DNA from: Candidatus Iainarchaeum sp.
Lineage (GTDB): Archaea; Iainarchaeota; Iainarchaeia; JAGGVJ01
DNA: 49,545 bases
Reading direction: 5' to 3'
Assembly (NCBI GenBank): GCA_021158055.1
Contig: JAGGVJ010000041.1
Coordinates: 1-49,545, forward strand
Notes under the pieces: model-generated
Database searches by the model: none
The model's input: only the letters and a program-made list of their open reading frames with translations
What the model was told of the DNA's origin: nothing
Shown here: positions 1 through 9,744 of the stretch, in pieces
How the letters are laid out: each line of letters opens with the position of its first letter
How positions within the stretch are numbered: the stretch's first letter is position 1
Translations under genes and position numbers: made by a program

Positions 1-2
1 AG

Positions 3-1772
3 GGCGACACAGTTGTCGCGCAGGAAGTCGTTGCTGAAAACGACGACACTGACTTTGACGGAGTTCTTTCAGGAAAAGTCAGGGTTGACACTGCTTTCGC
101 AGGTGCGATTGAAAGAAACTCATACGTCAACCTGATGCTTGACACTGAAAGCCTTACATTGGAAGACGGTAAAGATTTTGAGCTTGACGAGGAATGGGAA
201 GTTACAATCGAAACTACAGAAACTCTTCCAAATGTTGTAGCTGCAGACTGGGAAAACGGAGACAAAGTTGACTCCATCACCTTGACAAACAAGGATGTTT
301 CATGGAGTTCAGATGAAGAAAAGCTTCTCTGGAACGTTTCCGGGCGAACAAAAGCACAGTTGCCAAATGACTTTGCTGAAGTTGTCTTCAAAGGACTTGA
401 AGCCGAGGACACTGAGGACATCAGGGTAAGCGAAAACACCCTGGAATTCTCTGACGGTGACGATGACTACAAGATTCATTTCTTTGACGTCGGCGGCACT
501 TCAGGCACGCTTGACTTGGCTGAAGGAGTCGGAAGCAGCGCTTTCGAATACGAGCTTGTTGAGAGCGACCTTAACAATACAGAATTTTTCCTTTATGTAG
601 ACGTTGAAGGAGACGGTCTTGACGAGGACTACGGATTTGACAACCTGATCGCTGATGACTTTGATGAGCAGGAAGACGACGATGTCAGGCTTGGAATTGA
701 TTTCAGTGGCGGCTTTGCTACTTGGGGCGACGAGGACACCACCGCGTTTGACGCATCAGCTGGTGTGACCGACTGGATAGTTGACTTTGACGGAAACGGC
801 GACGCTAATAGTGCCGGAGACCTTGAGCTGACTTACATGCTGGTCTGGGACGGCGAAGAAGACGATCTTTACGCGTATGTCGTGGATGTCAGGGCAGAAA
901 GTGAGTACGGGGCTGACTTTGAGTTCTGGACTGACTTGGACTTCGGTGACAATTTCGACGGCGGCGACTATGACACTACATCAACCAGTTACGCTGATGT
1001 TGGTTTCATGCCATTGATTGATGATTTGGGCACTACTGCCGAGGGCAGTGTTATGCCGAACATTTTGGTTATCTTGGATGACACAGAGGACCACGATGAA
1101 GAGTGGACAGTGAAACTTGACCCGACTGACGGTTCGCTTATCGAGGAAGACACCGATGACTATGCTGATGATTCAACAACAGTTGAACTTCTCGTTGGTT
1201 CCAATTTGAGCACTGATGACGATGAATTGAGATACATCACTGACTTCGGTACAATCGGAACCCTTGATTCAGGCGGAGACGACTTTGTCTTGACCATCCC
1301 TGACAAGCAGAGGATTGCGCAGATGGCAATCGGAATGGAGTCAACCACCGAAGGCGGCCAGTCTGTAACAACCCTTGCTGAAGGCGAGTCAACCGTAATC
1401 GGCGGAGTGACTGTCACAGTCTCAGCTATTGACGTGGCTGTTACACCGGGAGAAGTCATTGGCGGAGACGCAGCAACCGGAACGTGTGTTGCTACACCTT
1501 CAACCTACACTGTAACGACAGTGCAGGATGTCGGAAACCTTGTCTTCACTGACAACCAGACATTGAGGTCAGGCAACCTTGTGCTTGTCGGTGGTCCAGT
1601 CGTCAACGATTTGACTGCTGACCTCGGAAGCGCAACAGAGCTTGGAATCGCATCGTCCGGACAGAAAGTTGTTGCATTGAAGGGCAACAAATTGGTTGTT
1701 GCAGGTAACACTGCAGACGACACTGTTCAGGCAGGTCAGGAGCTCATCAGCTGGTTGAAAGCAAACGTCTAA
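3..1772 (+). CDS. S-layer protein, 5'-truncated by the window edge
   Basis: Frame is open from position 3. Very acidic (D/E/T-rich) protein with the archaeal S-layer C-terminal motif NLVLVGGPVVN...LVVAG..A.DT..A. Confidence 0.85.
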   Translation, partial: GDTVVAQEVVAENDDTDFDGVLSGKVRVDTAFAGAIERNSYVNLMLDTESLTLEDGKDFELDEEWEVTIETTETLPNVVAADWENGDKVDSITLTNKDVSWSSDEEKLLWNVSGRTKAQLPNDFAEVVFKGLEAEDTEDIRVSENTLEFSDGDDDYKIHFFDVGGTSGTLDLAEGVGSSAFEYELVESDLNNTEFFLYVDVEGDGLDEDYGFDNLIADDFDEQEDDDVRLGIDFSGGFATWGDEDTTAFDASAGVTDWIVDFDGNGDANSAGDLELTYMLVWDGEEDDLYAYVVDVRAESEYGADFEFWTDLDFGDNFDGGDYDTTSTSYADVGFMPLIDDLGTTAEGSVMPNILVILDDTEDHDEEWTVKLDPTDGSLIEEDTDDYADDSTTVELLVGSNLSTDDDELRYITDFGTIGTLDSGGDDFVLTIPDKQRIAQMAIGMESTTEGGQSVTTLAEGESTVIGGVTVTVSAIDVAVTPGEVIGGDAATGTCVATPSTYTVTTVQDVGNLVFTDNQTLRSGNLVLVGGPVVNDLTADLGSATELGIASSGQKVVALKGNKLVVAGNTADDTVQAGQELISWLKANV

Positions 1773-1786
1773 AAAACAAATCTGTA

Positions 1787-1840
1787 AGACAGGGGGTTTT
1801 TCCCCTGTCTTTTTCTATTTTTTTATTTTTCTATTTTTTA
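1787..1840 (+). terminator. Hairpin plus T-tracts after the S-layer gene
   Basis: AGACAGGGG-GTTTTT-CCCCTGTCT 9-bp stem (1787-1810) followed by several poly-T runs. Confidence 0.75.
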
Positions 1841-2089
1841 AGTATCCTTTTTATTTAGCAGTTTTTTTGTACTTTTGTTTTTCAGTACCAATTTTTCAGA
1901 ATTTTTTCAAAAAGAAATTTCTTTTTATCCCAGATTTTTTTAAGAAACCCTTTTTTACTACAAATGCTTTATTAATCTGTGTTGGTGTCTGGCTGCATTG
2001 AAACAGCGTAATCCAATCAAACGAACATATGTATGAACTTATGCATGGTTTTCATTTTGAAAAAAATAGGTGTTGTTTTGCAATAAATT

Positions 2090-2176
2090 TTTTTATGTAA
2101 CTACGATGTAATCATATAACATGTTTCTGTATGGGTTTTTATGTAACTATAATATAATTATATAGCATGTATTTGT
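2090..2176. repeat. Imperfect 41-bp direct repeat upstream of the wHTH gene
   Basis: tttttatgtaactacgatgtaatcatataacatgtttctgt (2090-2130) vs tttttatgtaactataatataattatatagcatgtatttgt (2136-2176). Confidence 0.75.
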
Positions 2177-2267
2177 TTTATCTAATAAAATTAAGTAAAT
2201 ATAATATAACTATATAAAAGAACATACTAAAGAAAGAGCAATACAATTAAATAAAAATTCATTAGCA

Positions 2268-2588
2268 ATGACTTTAAAAAAAATATTAGATGCTAGATAT
2301 TTAAATAACTTATCCCCAAAATCAAAAAAAGTCCTTTTAGAGATTACAAACCATCATGAGATAACAAATAAAACCCTTTCAAATAAACTTAAGACCCCTA
2401 GTTCAAATATTTCCACATACATTAAAAACTTAAATGAACAAGGTTGTGTCTATTTAAGAAGAAAAAACGGTAAAGATAAATTTTGGAGTGCAGACCCAAT
2501 AATGAAATGGAATTTATTAGAGGTAGATGAGGGATTATTAAAAGATGAGGGATATCAAGATACATTATTATATGATTTTAATAAATAA
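2268..2588 (+). CDS. Winged-helix (ArsR/MarR/TrmB-like) transcriptional regulator
   Basis: LS..SKKVL..I....IT...LS..L....SNIS.YIK.L.EQG.V....NGK pattern. Much more AT-rich than neighbouring genes. Confidence 0.75.
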   Translation: MTLKKILDARYLNNLSPKSKKVLLEITNHHEITNKTLSNKLKTPSSNISTYIKNLNEQGCVYLRRKNGKDKFWSADPIMKWNLLEVDEGLLKDEGYQDTLLYDFNK

Positions 2589-2676
2589 CGCATAATTAAA
2601 TATCCAGAAGACTTAACAGCCTACAATCCAATAAACTTTTTAAAGGTACATATAATTCAAAAAAAGGTGCAATCAA

Positions 2677-3246
2677 ATGAACAAAGACGAAATTGTTTTA
2701 TTACTGGCTGTTTTTTCAATTGTGTTCATTTTCGCGGCGATTTTTTTTAATTACTCGCAGCCTGTTTTTGAAGACATTCAAAACGGGGTGGTTTACCAGT
2801 CAACCCACGAAAACCCGGCGAAATACCTGAAAAGCCAGGTGATTTCCGCAGAAAAGGCAAGAATCGTGATTGAATTGAACAAGAACGGTGAGCAAAACCA
2901 GTCAATGACCCAAGGGCTTGTGTGGTTTTCGTACGTGTTCGGAGCGCTTGGCAAAGACCCTGCGATAACTGCCCTGGAGATGGAACAAGGCAAGATTGTC
3001 TCGTGCACAGGTGATTTTAACTCGTCCTGCGAAACGGCTCTTGATCCGGACGAAAACAGCTTTTTGCTTTATATCGTTCAGCCGGACTGCGAGCATGCAA
3101 TCGTGACAGTTGAAGAGAACAAGGCAACCGTGTGCGCTGACTCTTACATGAACGTAGAGCCGATGGCTTACTCTGTTTCAAAAATGCTGTTCCCGAACAT
3201 TGACCTGCTTTCAGAAAACATGGGAAAAATACTGGACAGGCTTTGA
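2677..3246 (+). CDS. Membrane-anchored hypothetical protein
   Basis: N-terminal hydrophobic helix, four Cys, GGTG Shine-Dalgarno upstream. Confidence 0.7.
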   Translation: MNKDEIVLLLAVFSIVFIFAAIFFNYSQPVFEDIQNGVVYQSTHENPAKYLKSQVISAEKARIVIELNKNGEQNQSMTQGLVWFSYVFGALGKDPAITALEMEQGKIVSCTGDFNSSCETALDPDENSFLLYIVQPDCEHAIVTVEENKATVCADSYMNVEPMAYSVSKMLFPNIDLLSENMGKILDRL

Positions 3247-3330
3247 AAGGCAATCTGCATAACAGCAAAGGCAATCCGTATAACCGCGAAAGCAACTTTT
3301 ATAACAGCAAAAGCAGTTTTTATAACTGGT
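3247..3330. repeat. Degenerate 21-bp tandem repeat x4
   Basis: aaggcaatctgcataacagca / aaggcaatccgtataaccgcg / aaagcaacttttataacagca / aaagcagtttttataactggt. Confidence 0.8.
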
Positions 3331-3347
3331 TGTGAACCGGTTTTGTC

Positions 3348-4355
3348 TTGAAAGGAAGTGAGTTTCTGAAAAAAGTATTTGTGTCTGTGGTTTTTTCTGT
3401 TCTGGCAGTTGCGGTGGTTATTTTTTCAGTCGTGAATCTCACCGGCTCCACACAGCATTTGCTTTCTGTTGACTTGTCTTACTTTGCGCTTTCTTCTTTT
3501 TGCATGCTGTTTTCAATAGCGTTGTGGGCCGTGTCCTGGAACCATGTCATGCGCGCGTTTGCAGGCACTCCGTACAAAAACGCGGTTGTGCTTTCTTTCT
3601 GCGCTTTTTACGGAAGCCTTACTCCCATGCAGATAGGCACGGATGCGGTGAGGTCGTTTTTGTCAAAAAAGTTTCTGCTGATACCTGCAAAAAAAGCGTT
3701 TTCAGCGTCTCTTATAACAAAAATGATGAAGTTTTTCCTGCTTGTGATTGCGGCAGGGTTTTCAATCGTCGTGCTTGAACTCAAATCCCCTGTTTTCGGG
3801 CAGTCATTTTTTACGCTGATAGTCGGCTTTTCGGTCATTCTTTTCGCGGCGCTTGTCTTTTACGGGCTTCAGTGGAACAGTTTTGGAAGGCGCGTTGCGC
3901 GCCTGCTGGACATTGCAACCCCGTTCCTTTCAAGGTTCGGGTTTTCTTTCAAGTCGCTCTTTTTGACTTACTCAACCATGTATTCGGAGATGGTTTTGAA
4001 CAGGAAAATCATTGCGTTTTTCCTTGTTTTTCTGTCGCTTTTGTTTGAATACCTGGCCGTTTACTTTGCTTTTTCGGCTCTTTTTATGGAAGTGAGTTTT
4101 TTTGACATTTTCCTGTTTGCGACAATCGTGAACATCTTGTCAAGGGTGCCGTGGCTTCCGCAGGGAATCCTTCTTGTTGAAGCCACAGGGTATGTGTTTT
4201 TGACTTCGCCTTCGTTTGCGGCGCTTGAACCCGTGCAGGTCGGCTCAGTGATAGTTCTCTGGGATATTGTGCGCCTTGCGGTACCGTTGCTTGTTTCGCT
4301 TGCGTTTAACGTGTTGTTGTTTGGCGAAAAGCTGGGTTTCCAAAAAGAAAAATAG
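3348..4355 (+). CDS. UPF0104 / LPG-synthase TM domain flippase-like membrane protein
   Basis: About 8 TM helices, LTP.QIGTDAVR and P.LPQG...VE motifs typical of the family. Adjacent to aglH. Confidence 0.75.
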   Translation: MKGSEFLKKVFVSVVFSVLAVAVVIFSVVNLTGSTQHLLSVDLSYFALSSFCMLFSIALWAVSWNHVMRAFAGTPYKNAVVLSFCAFYGSLTPMQIGTDAVRSFLSKKFLLIPAKKAFSASLITKMMKFFLLVIAAGFSIVVLELKSPVFGQSFFTLIVGFSVILFAALVFYGLQWNSFGRRVARLLDIATPFLSRFGFSFKSLFLTYSTMYSEMVLNRKIIAFFLVFLSLLFEYLAVYFAFSALFMEVSFFDIFLFATIVNILSRVPWLPQGILLVEATGYVFLTSPSFAALEPVQVGSVIVLWDIVRLAVPLLVSLAFNVLLFGEKLGFQKEK

Positions 4356-4356
4356 G

Positions 4357-5424
4357 CTAAATCAGCAGGTTAAGCAGGTTTACAAGAACCGCGTTTATTG
4401 CGACAATTGCCCATATCCTGTAAGTGAGCGTTTTTTCAGTTGCAGGTCCGAAAATTTTGATTATTACCTTGACAAAATTAAGCCGTTCTCCTGCACCCTG
4501 GTACTTTGGTATGGAAAGGACTCCCTTGGAACTTACGTCATATATGGGGTAGCGGCTCTCTGACATGTCTTCTTTGTTAGTAAGCATTTTCAGACCGAAA
4601 AAGTCTGCTATGTGGGGTAAAAATAACAGAAAACCGATTAATTCCTTGTTTGCAAATATCAAAATCCCTGCCATGGCGCTTCCGAAAAGGTATGTTCCGG
4701 CGTCTCCGGGAAAAACTTTGCTCGGGTAGCGGTTGAAGATAATCAGGGCAAGCATGCCTGCGGAAAATACTGCGGCAAGCGGAAAGTAGGCGGTCCCGTA
4801 GACAAGCCCCATTACCCCGAGGCTTGCAATGAAGCTTGAGCCGGTTTCCATGCCGTTTATTCCCGCGAAGGTGTTGGTGAAAGAGGCAAGGCCGGTGATA
4901 AAGAGTATTCCGAGCGCTGTGAAAAAAAGCTTTCCTCCAAACGCCTCAAAAAACAGCGGGCTTACAACGTAAAATGTTATGGGAGTGGCAAAAAGCCATG
5001 CAAAAACCCCTGAAACAAGCACCATCGGAACGGCTCTTGCAATCCACGGCACTTTTTTCAATGCAATGAATTTGTTTTGGGTGTCGTCTGCAAAACCGAT
5101 CAGCGAAAAGATTGTGATCAGGGTTGCCCAGAACAAGTATTCAAAATTAAATCTTAAAAAAACCTGCCCGCTTAAAACGCTGTTAAGCAACATAATTGGG
5201 TCTGTGCCGAAAACCTCGGTCGCACTCAACAAAAACACGCCGATCCAAAGCGGGATAAGCAAGGCAATGCCGCCGGTCTCGGCTATTTTGGGTTTTTCAG
5301 GCTTGTTTATGTCGATTCCGACGATTCCGATTGAATGCATTTTTTTTATGTATTGCTTTATCAGAACAAATGCAATAAAAAAAACTGTTGCGACAACCGC
5401 CAGATACACAGTCAGGTTATTCAT
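4357..5424 (-). CDS. aglH: UDP-GlcNAc:dolichyl-phosphate GlcNAc-1-P transferase (MraY/WecA/GPT family)
   Basis: G.DINKP...IAETGG, IGFADD, N..AGINGME and FNRYPSKVFPGDAGT motifs. Confidence 0.88.
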   Translation of the reverse strand: MNNLTVYLAVVATVFFIAFVLIKQYIKKMHSIGIVGIDINKPEKPKIAETGGIALLIPLWIGVFLLSATEVFGTDPIMLLNSVLSGQVFLRFNFEYLFWATLITIFSLIGFADDTQNKFIALKKVPWIARAVPMVLVSGVFAWLFATPITFYVVSPLFFEAFGGKLFFTALGILFITGLASFTNTFAGINGMETGSSFIASLGVMGLVYGTAYFPLAAVFSAGMLALIIFNRYPSKVFPGDAGTYLFGSAMAGILIFANKELIGFLLFLPHIADFFGLKMLTNKEDMSESRYPIYDVSSKGVLSIPKYQGAGERLNFVKVIIKIFGPATEKTLTYRIWAIVAINAVLVNLLNLLI

Positions 5425-5555
5425 TTTGTCAATTCCTTGCCAGTTGGTGGTTTTGTTGTTTTGGGCTGTCAGTTGATAATCTTGTTGTTTTTGGATGTTT
5501 TGCTTTGGTTTGTTATGTAGATATTGGTTTTTCCAGTTTTAAAAATGTGAGTTAT

Positions 5556-6842
5556 TTATTTCATGATCTCAAGCAGCGCTATTGTCGCGTAGCTTCCCGG
5601 CTCAAGGGAAAACTGTATGCTGGCGGCGGTTTTTCCAGGGAAAAAACCGTCTTTTTCAACTTTGAGAAGACGCATGTTTTTCAGGGCCACGGTTATTTTA
5701 CGCCTGTCTCCGCTTGAACTCGCTTCGGGCAGTTTTTTTATCTTAAATGCTTTTGGGTCTTTTACTGCCGCTTTTGACAGTATTTTTTGCTCAAGCTCCC
5801 CTGCCTGCCCCCCAAGCACCCTGCTTTCAGAACCGAACAACGGTCCTGTGGGAGTGTTGTCAACTAAGATGTCGCCGTCTATTTCTTTTGTGCCGTAAAG
5901 TTTAAGCCGCGTGCTTAAGTACTGGTTGAAAAGAAATGACTGGTATGCGTGAACAAACATCATCACCAGGTTTTTCGGCATGGTTTTCAGGGCCAGGACA
6001 AAGTTTCCGGGGTGTTCAAGCAAACTGTAGCACAATGCTTTTTCATACCTCATGCCTTTCGGGAACGCAAGGGCTGCTTCTTTGAACTCTCCTTTTCCGG
6101 CAAGTTTTCTTGCTTCGACTGACGGCCCTGTTTCTTCCGGGAACTTTTTTGACAGGTAAGTCTCGACTGCCCCCCGGAAGTCTTCTTCAAGAATGCATTG
6201 CCCGACCAGGTGCGTGCATGGGCGGATTGAACCGAAGCGCTGCAAACCGAAATAGTTCGGCATGCCTTTTTCTTTGAGGGTGTTGATTGTCTGCTCAATG
6301 GTTTTTTTGGTTTTTTCCCTGTTTAGCTCAATGTCCCGTATATTGATTGTAAACCGGTTTCCAAGCAGGTCGCCGAGTTCAATTGCGTGGTTTTTGAAGC
6401 AAAAGTCCCGGATTTGCGCGTTTTCAAGGTCAAGTTTCATGAGCGCGTCAAGGTGTCTTTTTTTTACGCTCATTTTTTGCGCGCTGACACTTACCTTGTC
6501 TTTTGTTCCTGCGTAGCTTATGCTTTTTGGGTTTGTGTGCAGGAACCTTGCGATTGTCTTGGAGATCATGTGAGTGTCGCGGTTTGATTTTTCAAGCGTG
6601 AAATGGATGAATGCGCCGCTTCCGGGAATATCTTCGGGTTTCTGCGGTTTGCGTGCTTTTTCCGGTTTTCCGGTTTTTTTATTGTTATTGTTTTTGATGA
6701 ATGCGGTCGCTTCTGTGATTGTGCTGTCAATCCGAATCTCTTCAACAACAAAGTCTTCAGGGATGTGTTTTATGACCCCCCCTGTACCTGGGGTTTTTGT
6801 AAGAAGCTGTGTAATGCCTGCTTTTTTCCACTGTTTTTCCAT
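5556..6842 (-). CDS. truD: tRNA pseudouridine(13) synthase TruD
   Basis: PEDFVVEEI, YAGTKDK, GNRF.I, PNYFG.QRFG and GSYAT motifs. Confidence 0.95.
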   Translation of the reverse strand: MEKQWKKAGITQLLTKTPGTGGVIKHIPEDFVVEEIRIDSTITEATAFIKNNNNKKTGKPEKARKPQKPEDIPGSGAFIHFTLEKSNRDTHMISKTIARFLHTNPKSISYAGTKDKVSVSAQKMSVKKRHLDALMKLDLENAQIRDFCFKNHAIELGDLLGNRFTINIRDIELNREKTKKTIEQTINTLKEKGMPNYFGLQRFGSIRPCTHLVGQCILEEDFRGAVETYLSKKFPEETGPSVEARKLAGKGEFKEAALAFPKGMRYEKALCYSLLEHPGNFVLALKTMPKNLVMMFVHAYQSFLFNQYLSTRLKLYGTKEIDGDILVDNTPTGPLFGSESRVLGGQAGELEQKILSKAAVKDPKAFKIKKLPEASSSGDRRKITVALKNMRLLKVEKDGFFPGKTAASIQFSLEPGSYATIALLEIMK

Positions 6843-6860
6843 TTTCCCACCTTAGAAGCC

Positions 6861-8078
6861 TTAGAACCTGAGTATTGCGCCGAGCCCGCCAAAAGCCATC
6901 ATGAACTGTTTTCCGATGTCTGTTTCCGCAGAGATTATCTCCACATTTGAGCCGATCTGCTCGGCAAGCTCGCTTAACTCCTCGTACAGGTCTTTTGCTT
7001 CAACTATTTCAAAAGTTGCACCGCATTCGCATTTTGGAATGTTTTCCCTGAATGTTTTAAAGTCTTTGACTGTCAGCTCTTTTGATTTCTCGCAGGACCC
7101 GCAAAAAAGCTTTATTCTTTTCATTTTCACTGCCTCTGAAATAAGCAGGATTTCCACCCGTCCCTCCAGCACTGCTTCGCGCACTTCTTTTTCCCCGTAT
7201 GTTGAACGCTCTCCCCTTGCAATGTTTTCGAAAAACCTGTCCATGAGCTTTTTTTCCTGCACGATTTCTGTGTTTTCTATCAGTTCGCCTGACTTGTTTA
7301 CGACTTCGCGCACTCCTGATTCGTCTGTGTAGCTGGTTGACATGTCCCCGATTACTTTTTCTTTTACTCTGGCCTGCAGGTAATCCTCGTTTAAAAAGTG
7401 GTTTTTTGTGCTTCCGGGTCCTCCGAATATTATCCCGCGGAGGTTTTTTAGCTCTGAAAAAGATGAGTTTGCGATGTCTGCGATTCGCTTGTAAAACTCG
7501 TTTTCCGCAACTTCCCTTAACCGCTCAAACCTTTGGGCGCTTTGCCCTCCTGCCCTTGTCTTTCCAGGAACCTGGGACACCATGTTTTTGATTATTTCAA
7601 GTTTTTTCCCGCTTAAAAGCGCCACTGTGGCTTCGTGCTTGTCCATGACGACAATCCCGTAAACCTCGTCGCTTGCAGTCATTTCCTTTAAGGGGTCCAG
7701 GAAAAACATGGAGTCGCAGCGGTAAAGCTGTATGTTGATCTCTTTTGGCGGGACGACCGTCAATAGCTGTATCTTGTGCCCTCCTGCTTCTCTTGAAAAG
7801 CTCCCGCAGAAAATGGCGATGCCTTGTTTTGGAATCCGGTAATTCACTGTTTTCAGGTAGTGGATTATTTTTTCAAGCGCCCCCTGGACGTTTTTCTTTG
7901 TTGTTTTTGATTTTATGTTTGATGATTGTGACAGCTCGTCAGTGAGCTTTGAAGAAATGCTGCTTCTGTCATAATCGTAAGGGATGTAAAGAGAGATTAG
8001 CTCTGTTCCCTGTCCTTTTATGGATTCGAGTTCTTCAAGTTCTTTCTTGAAAGCATATGATTCTTTTGAGCTGGACAT
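6861..8078 (-). CDS. prf1: Peptide chain release factor aRF1
   Basis: GTELISLYIP, NIKS, YRCD and GGQSAQRF motifs, plus a C-terminal Zn-ribbon insertion. Confidence 0.97.
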   Translation of the reverse strand: MSSSKESYAFKKELEELESIKGQGTELISLYIPYDYDRSSISSKLTDELSQSSNIKSKTTKKNVQGALEKIIHYLKTVNYRIPKQGIAIFCGSFSREAGGHKIQLLTVVPPKEINIQLYRCDSMFFLDPLKEMTASDEVYGIVVMDKHEATVALLSGKKLEIIKNMVSQVPGKTRAGGQSAQRFERLREVAENEFYKRIADIANSSFSELKNLRGIIFGGPGSTKNHFLNEDYLQARVKEKVIGDMSTSYTDESGVREVVNKSGELIENTEIVQEKKLMDRFFENIARGERSTYGEKEVREAVLEGRVEILLISEAVKMKRIKLFCGSCEKSKELTVKDFKTFRENIPKCECGATFEIVEAKDLYEELSELAEQIGSNVEIISAETDIGKQFMMAFGGLGAILRF

Positions 8079-8397
8079 TGTTGCACCGGTTTTAGTAAAA
8101 AAAGATAGGGTGTAGTTAATATTTGTTGGTTGATTTTTCTTTTTTTATATTATTGTTATAATAATGGTTTGTTTAAATATAAATATTGTTTTGTAAATTG
8201 CCCTGTAGAAATCCTATTGGATTGTTAGGGGATTTAGGGAAACGAAAAAATACCCGGAGCTTAAAAAACCGTGGACTAAAATGTTTTTGACTGATAAGTA
8301 GAGAAAAGCAATAGATGAAATATATGAATATACTTTGTTGACTCCAAGGGCAGTTCATTATGAATTTTAAGTTTTTCAGCCAATAAAAAACAGTTTT

Positions 8398-9507
8398 CTA
8401 ACATTTCTTGCAGTCCTTTAGCAGGCAACCCGGATCTTTCCCAAACAAATCACCGCCCTGCACCTGGGCCCGGACCCTGCAGCCGCCGCAACGCATTATG
8501 AACTTTTCACAATTGGCAGAGAAAGCGTTTTTCTCAAATCTTTTCCTTTTTATGGTCTTCAACAATTTGTTGTTCCTCACTATTTCGCTTAATGGCTGCT
8601 CGTTCAGATCCCCTACCACGTCGTCCCAGATATAACAGGGAATCACTTTGCCTTCATTTGTGATATGCACGCTTGTTATTCCGGCAACGCAATACGCCAG
8701 TTTATCTTTGGTGACCATATGTTTATCCAACACTCCCTTTATTGAGTCATCATCAATGATGTTGTCCCTGTTCACTATTTTCAGATTCTTGTGGTCTTTT
8801 GAAAAGTCATTCAGGGCTCTGATTGCAGAAATGTATTCTTCGTTCGAGACCGTGATTTTTTCGGCTTCCTTGTCAACCGGCGTCATTCTCCTGACAGAAA
8901 ATTCGTTAAGTTCAAACTGGGATAATACTTCTGCTACTTCCCTGACATGATCAATATTGCCTTTTGTCAAAGTCATTCTCACGCCAATCCTGAAACTTGC
9001 GTCTTCCATGATTTTTATTCCGTTCAAGGTCTTCTTGTAGCTTCCTTTAACACCGCGGATCTTGTCATGGATTTTCTCGGGCCCGTCCACACTTGTAAGG
9101 GTGTGAGTCAGCCCGGCTTTTTTAAGAGAATCAATCACTTTGCGGTCAACAAGGCAGCCGTTGGTAAACATTCGAAGATAAAAATCTTTTGAGAGAAGTC
9201 TGACGGCATCAAGCAGCCTGCCATACATCAGGGGTTCTCCTCCCGTCAGTGAAAAAACTCTTACATTGGGAAAATTTTTCTTGATATCATCTCTTAGCTT
9301 AACCAGTAAGTCATATGAGAAATCAGTGTTGCCTTCGCGAACCGCCCCGCAGTGGCTGCAGTTCAGGTTACACTTGTCTGTGAGTTCAAGGAAAATTGTG
9401 TTTATCAATGCTGCCGGATCAACATCCAATAACCCAAGCGGGTTGGTATCAAACGATTCAAAAAAATCATTTTCTGCTCCCCTAAAATTTGCTTCATCGT
9501 AATCCAT
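8398..9507 (-). CDS. Radical SAM protein with SPASM domain (PqqE/NirJ/AhbC-like)
   Basis: CNLNCSHC, TGGEP, TNG and SVDG..H motifs. SPASM cysteines CVAG...G.VIPC...C....CGGCR...DPGC. Confidence 0.92.
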   Translation of the reverse strand: MDYDEANFRGAENDFFESFDTNPLGLLDVDPAALINTIFLELTDKCNLNCSHCGAVREGNTDFSYDLLVKLRDDIKKNFPNVRVFSLTGGEPLMYGRLLDAVRLLSKDFYLRMFTNGCLVDRKVIDSLKKAGLTHTLTSVDGPEKIHDKIRGVKGSYKKTLNGIKIMEDASFRIGVRMTLTKGNIDHVREVAEVLSQFELNEFSVRRMTPVDKEAEKITVSNEEYISAIRALNDFSKDHKNLKIVNRDNIIDDDSIKGVLDKHMVTKDKLAYCVAGITSVHITNEGKVIPCYIWDDVVGDLNEQPLSEIVRNNKLLKTIKRKRFEKNAFSANCEKFIMRCGGCRVRAQVQGGDLFGKDPGCLLKDCKKC

Positions 9508-9562
9508 TTTCTTACACTCCGTTCTTACACTTTATTTTCTCTCACTTCTTTTTTTATCTTCC

Positions 9563-9631
9563 TCATGCATTCCAAAACCAGACAGCTGAGGCAACAAACT
9601 TCTTGTCAAATGACTGCCAGGCATCAAACAT
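9563..9631 (-). CDS. Candidate 22-aa peptide MFDAWQSFDKKFVASAVWFWNA (possible radical SAM substrate)
   Basis: ATG-to-TGA micro-ORF co-oriented in the 237-bp gap immediately upstream of the SPASM gene. No strong Shine-Dalgarno. Confidence 0.2.
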   Translation of the reverse strand: MFDAWQSFDKKFVASAVWFWNA

Positions 9632-9744
9632 ATGATGCTGTTATTCCAGCCAACCAACAATCAAAAGTAACCAAGCAAATATAATAATCTATCCGCGCTT
9701 CATTTCAAATCTGCCGTGACTTACCGCGTCTGAAGTTTCAAATC

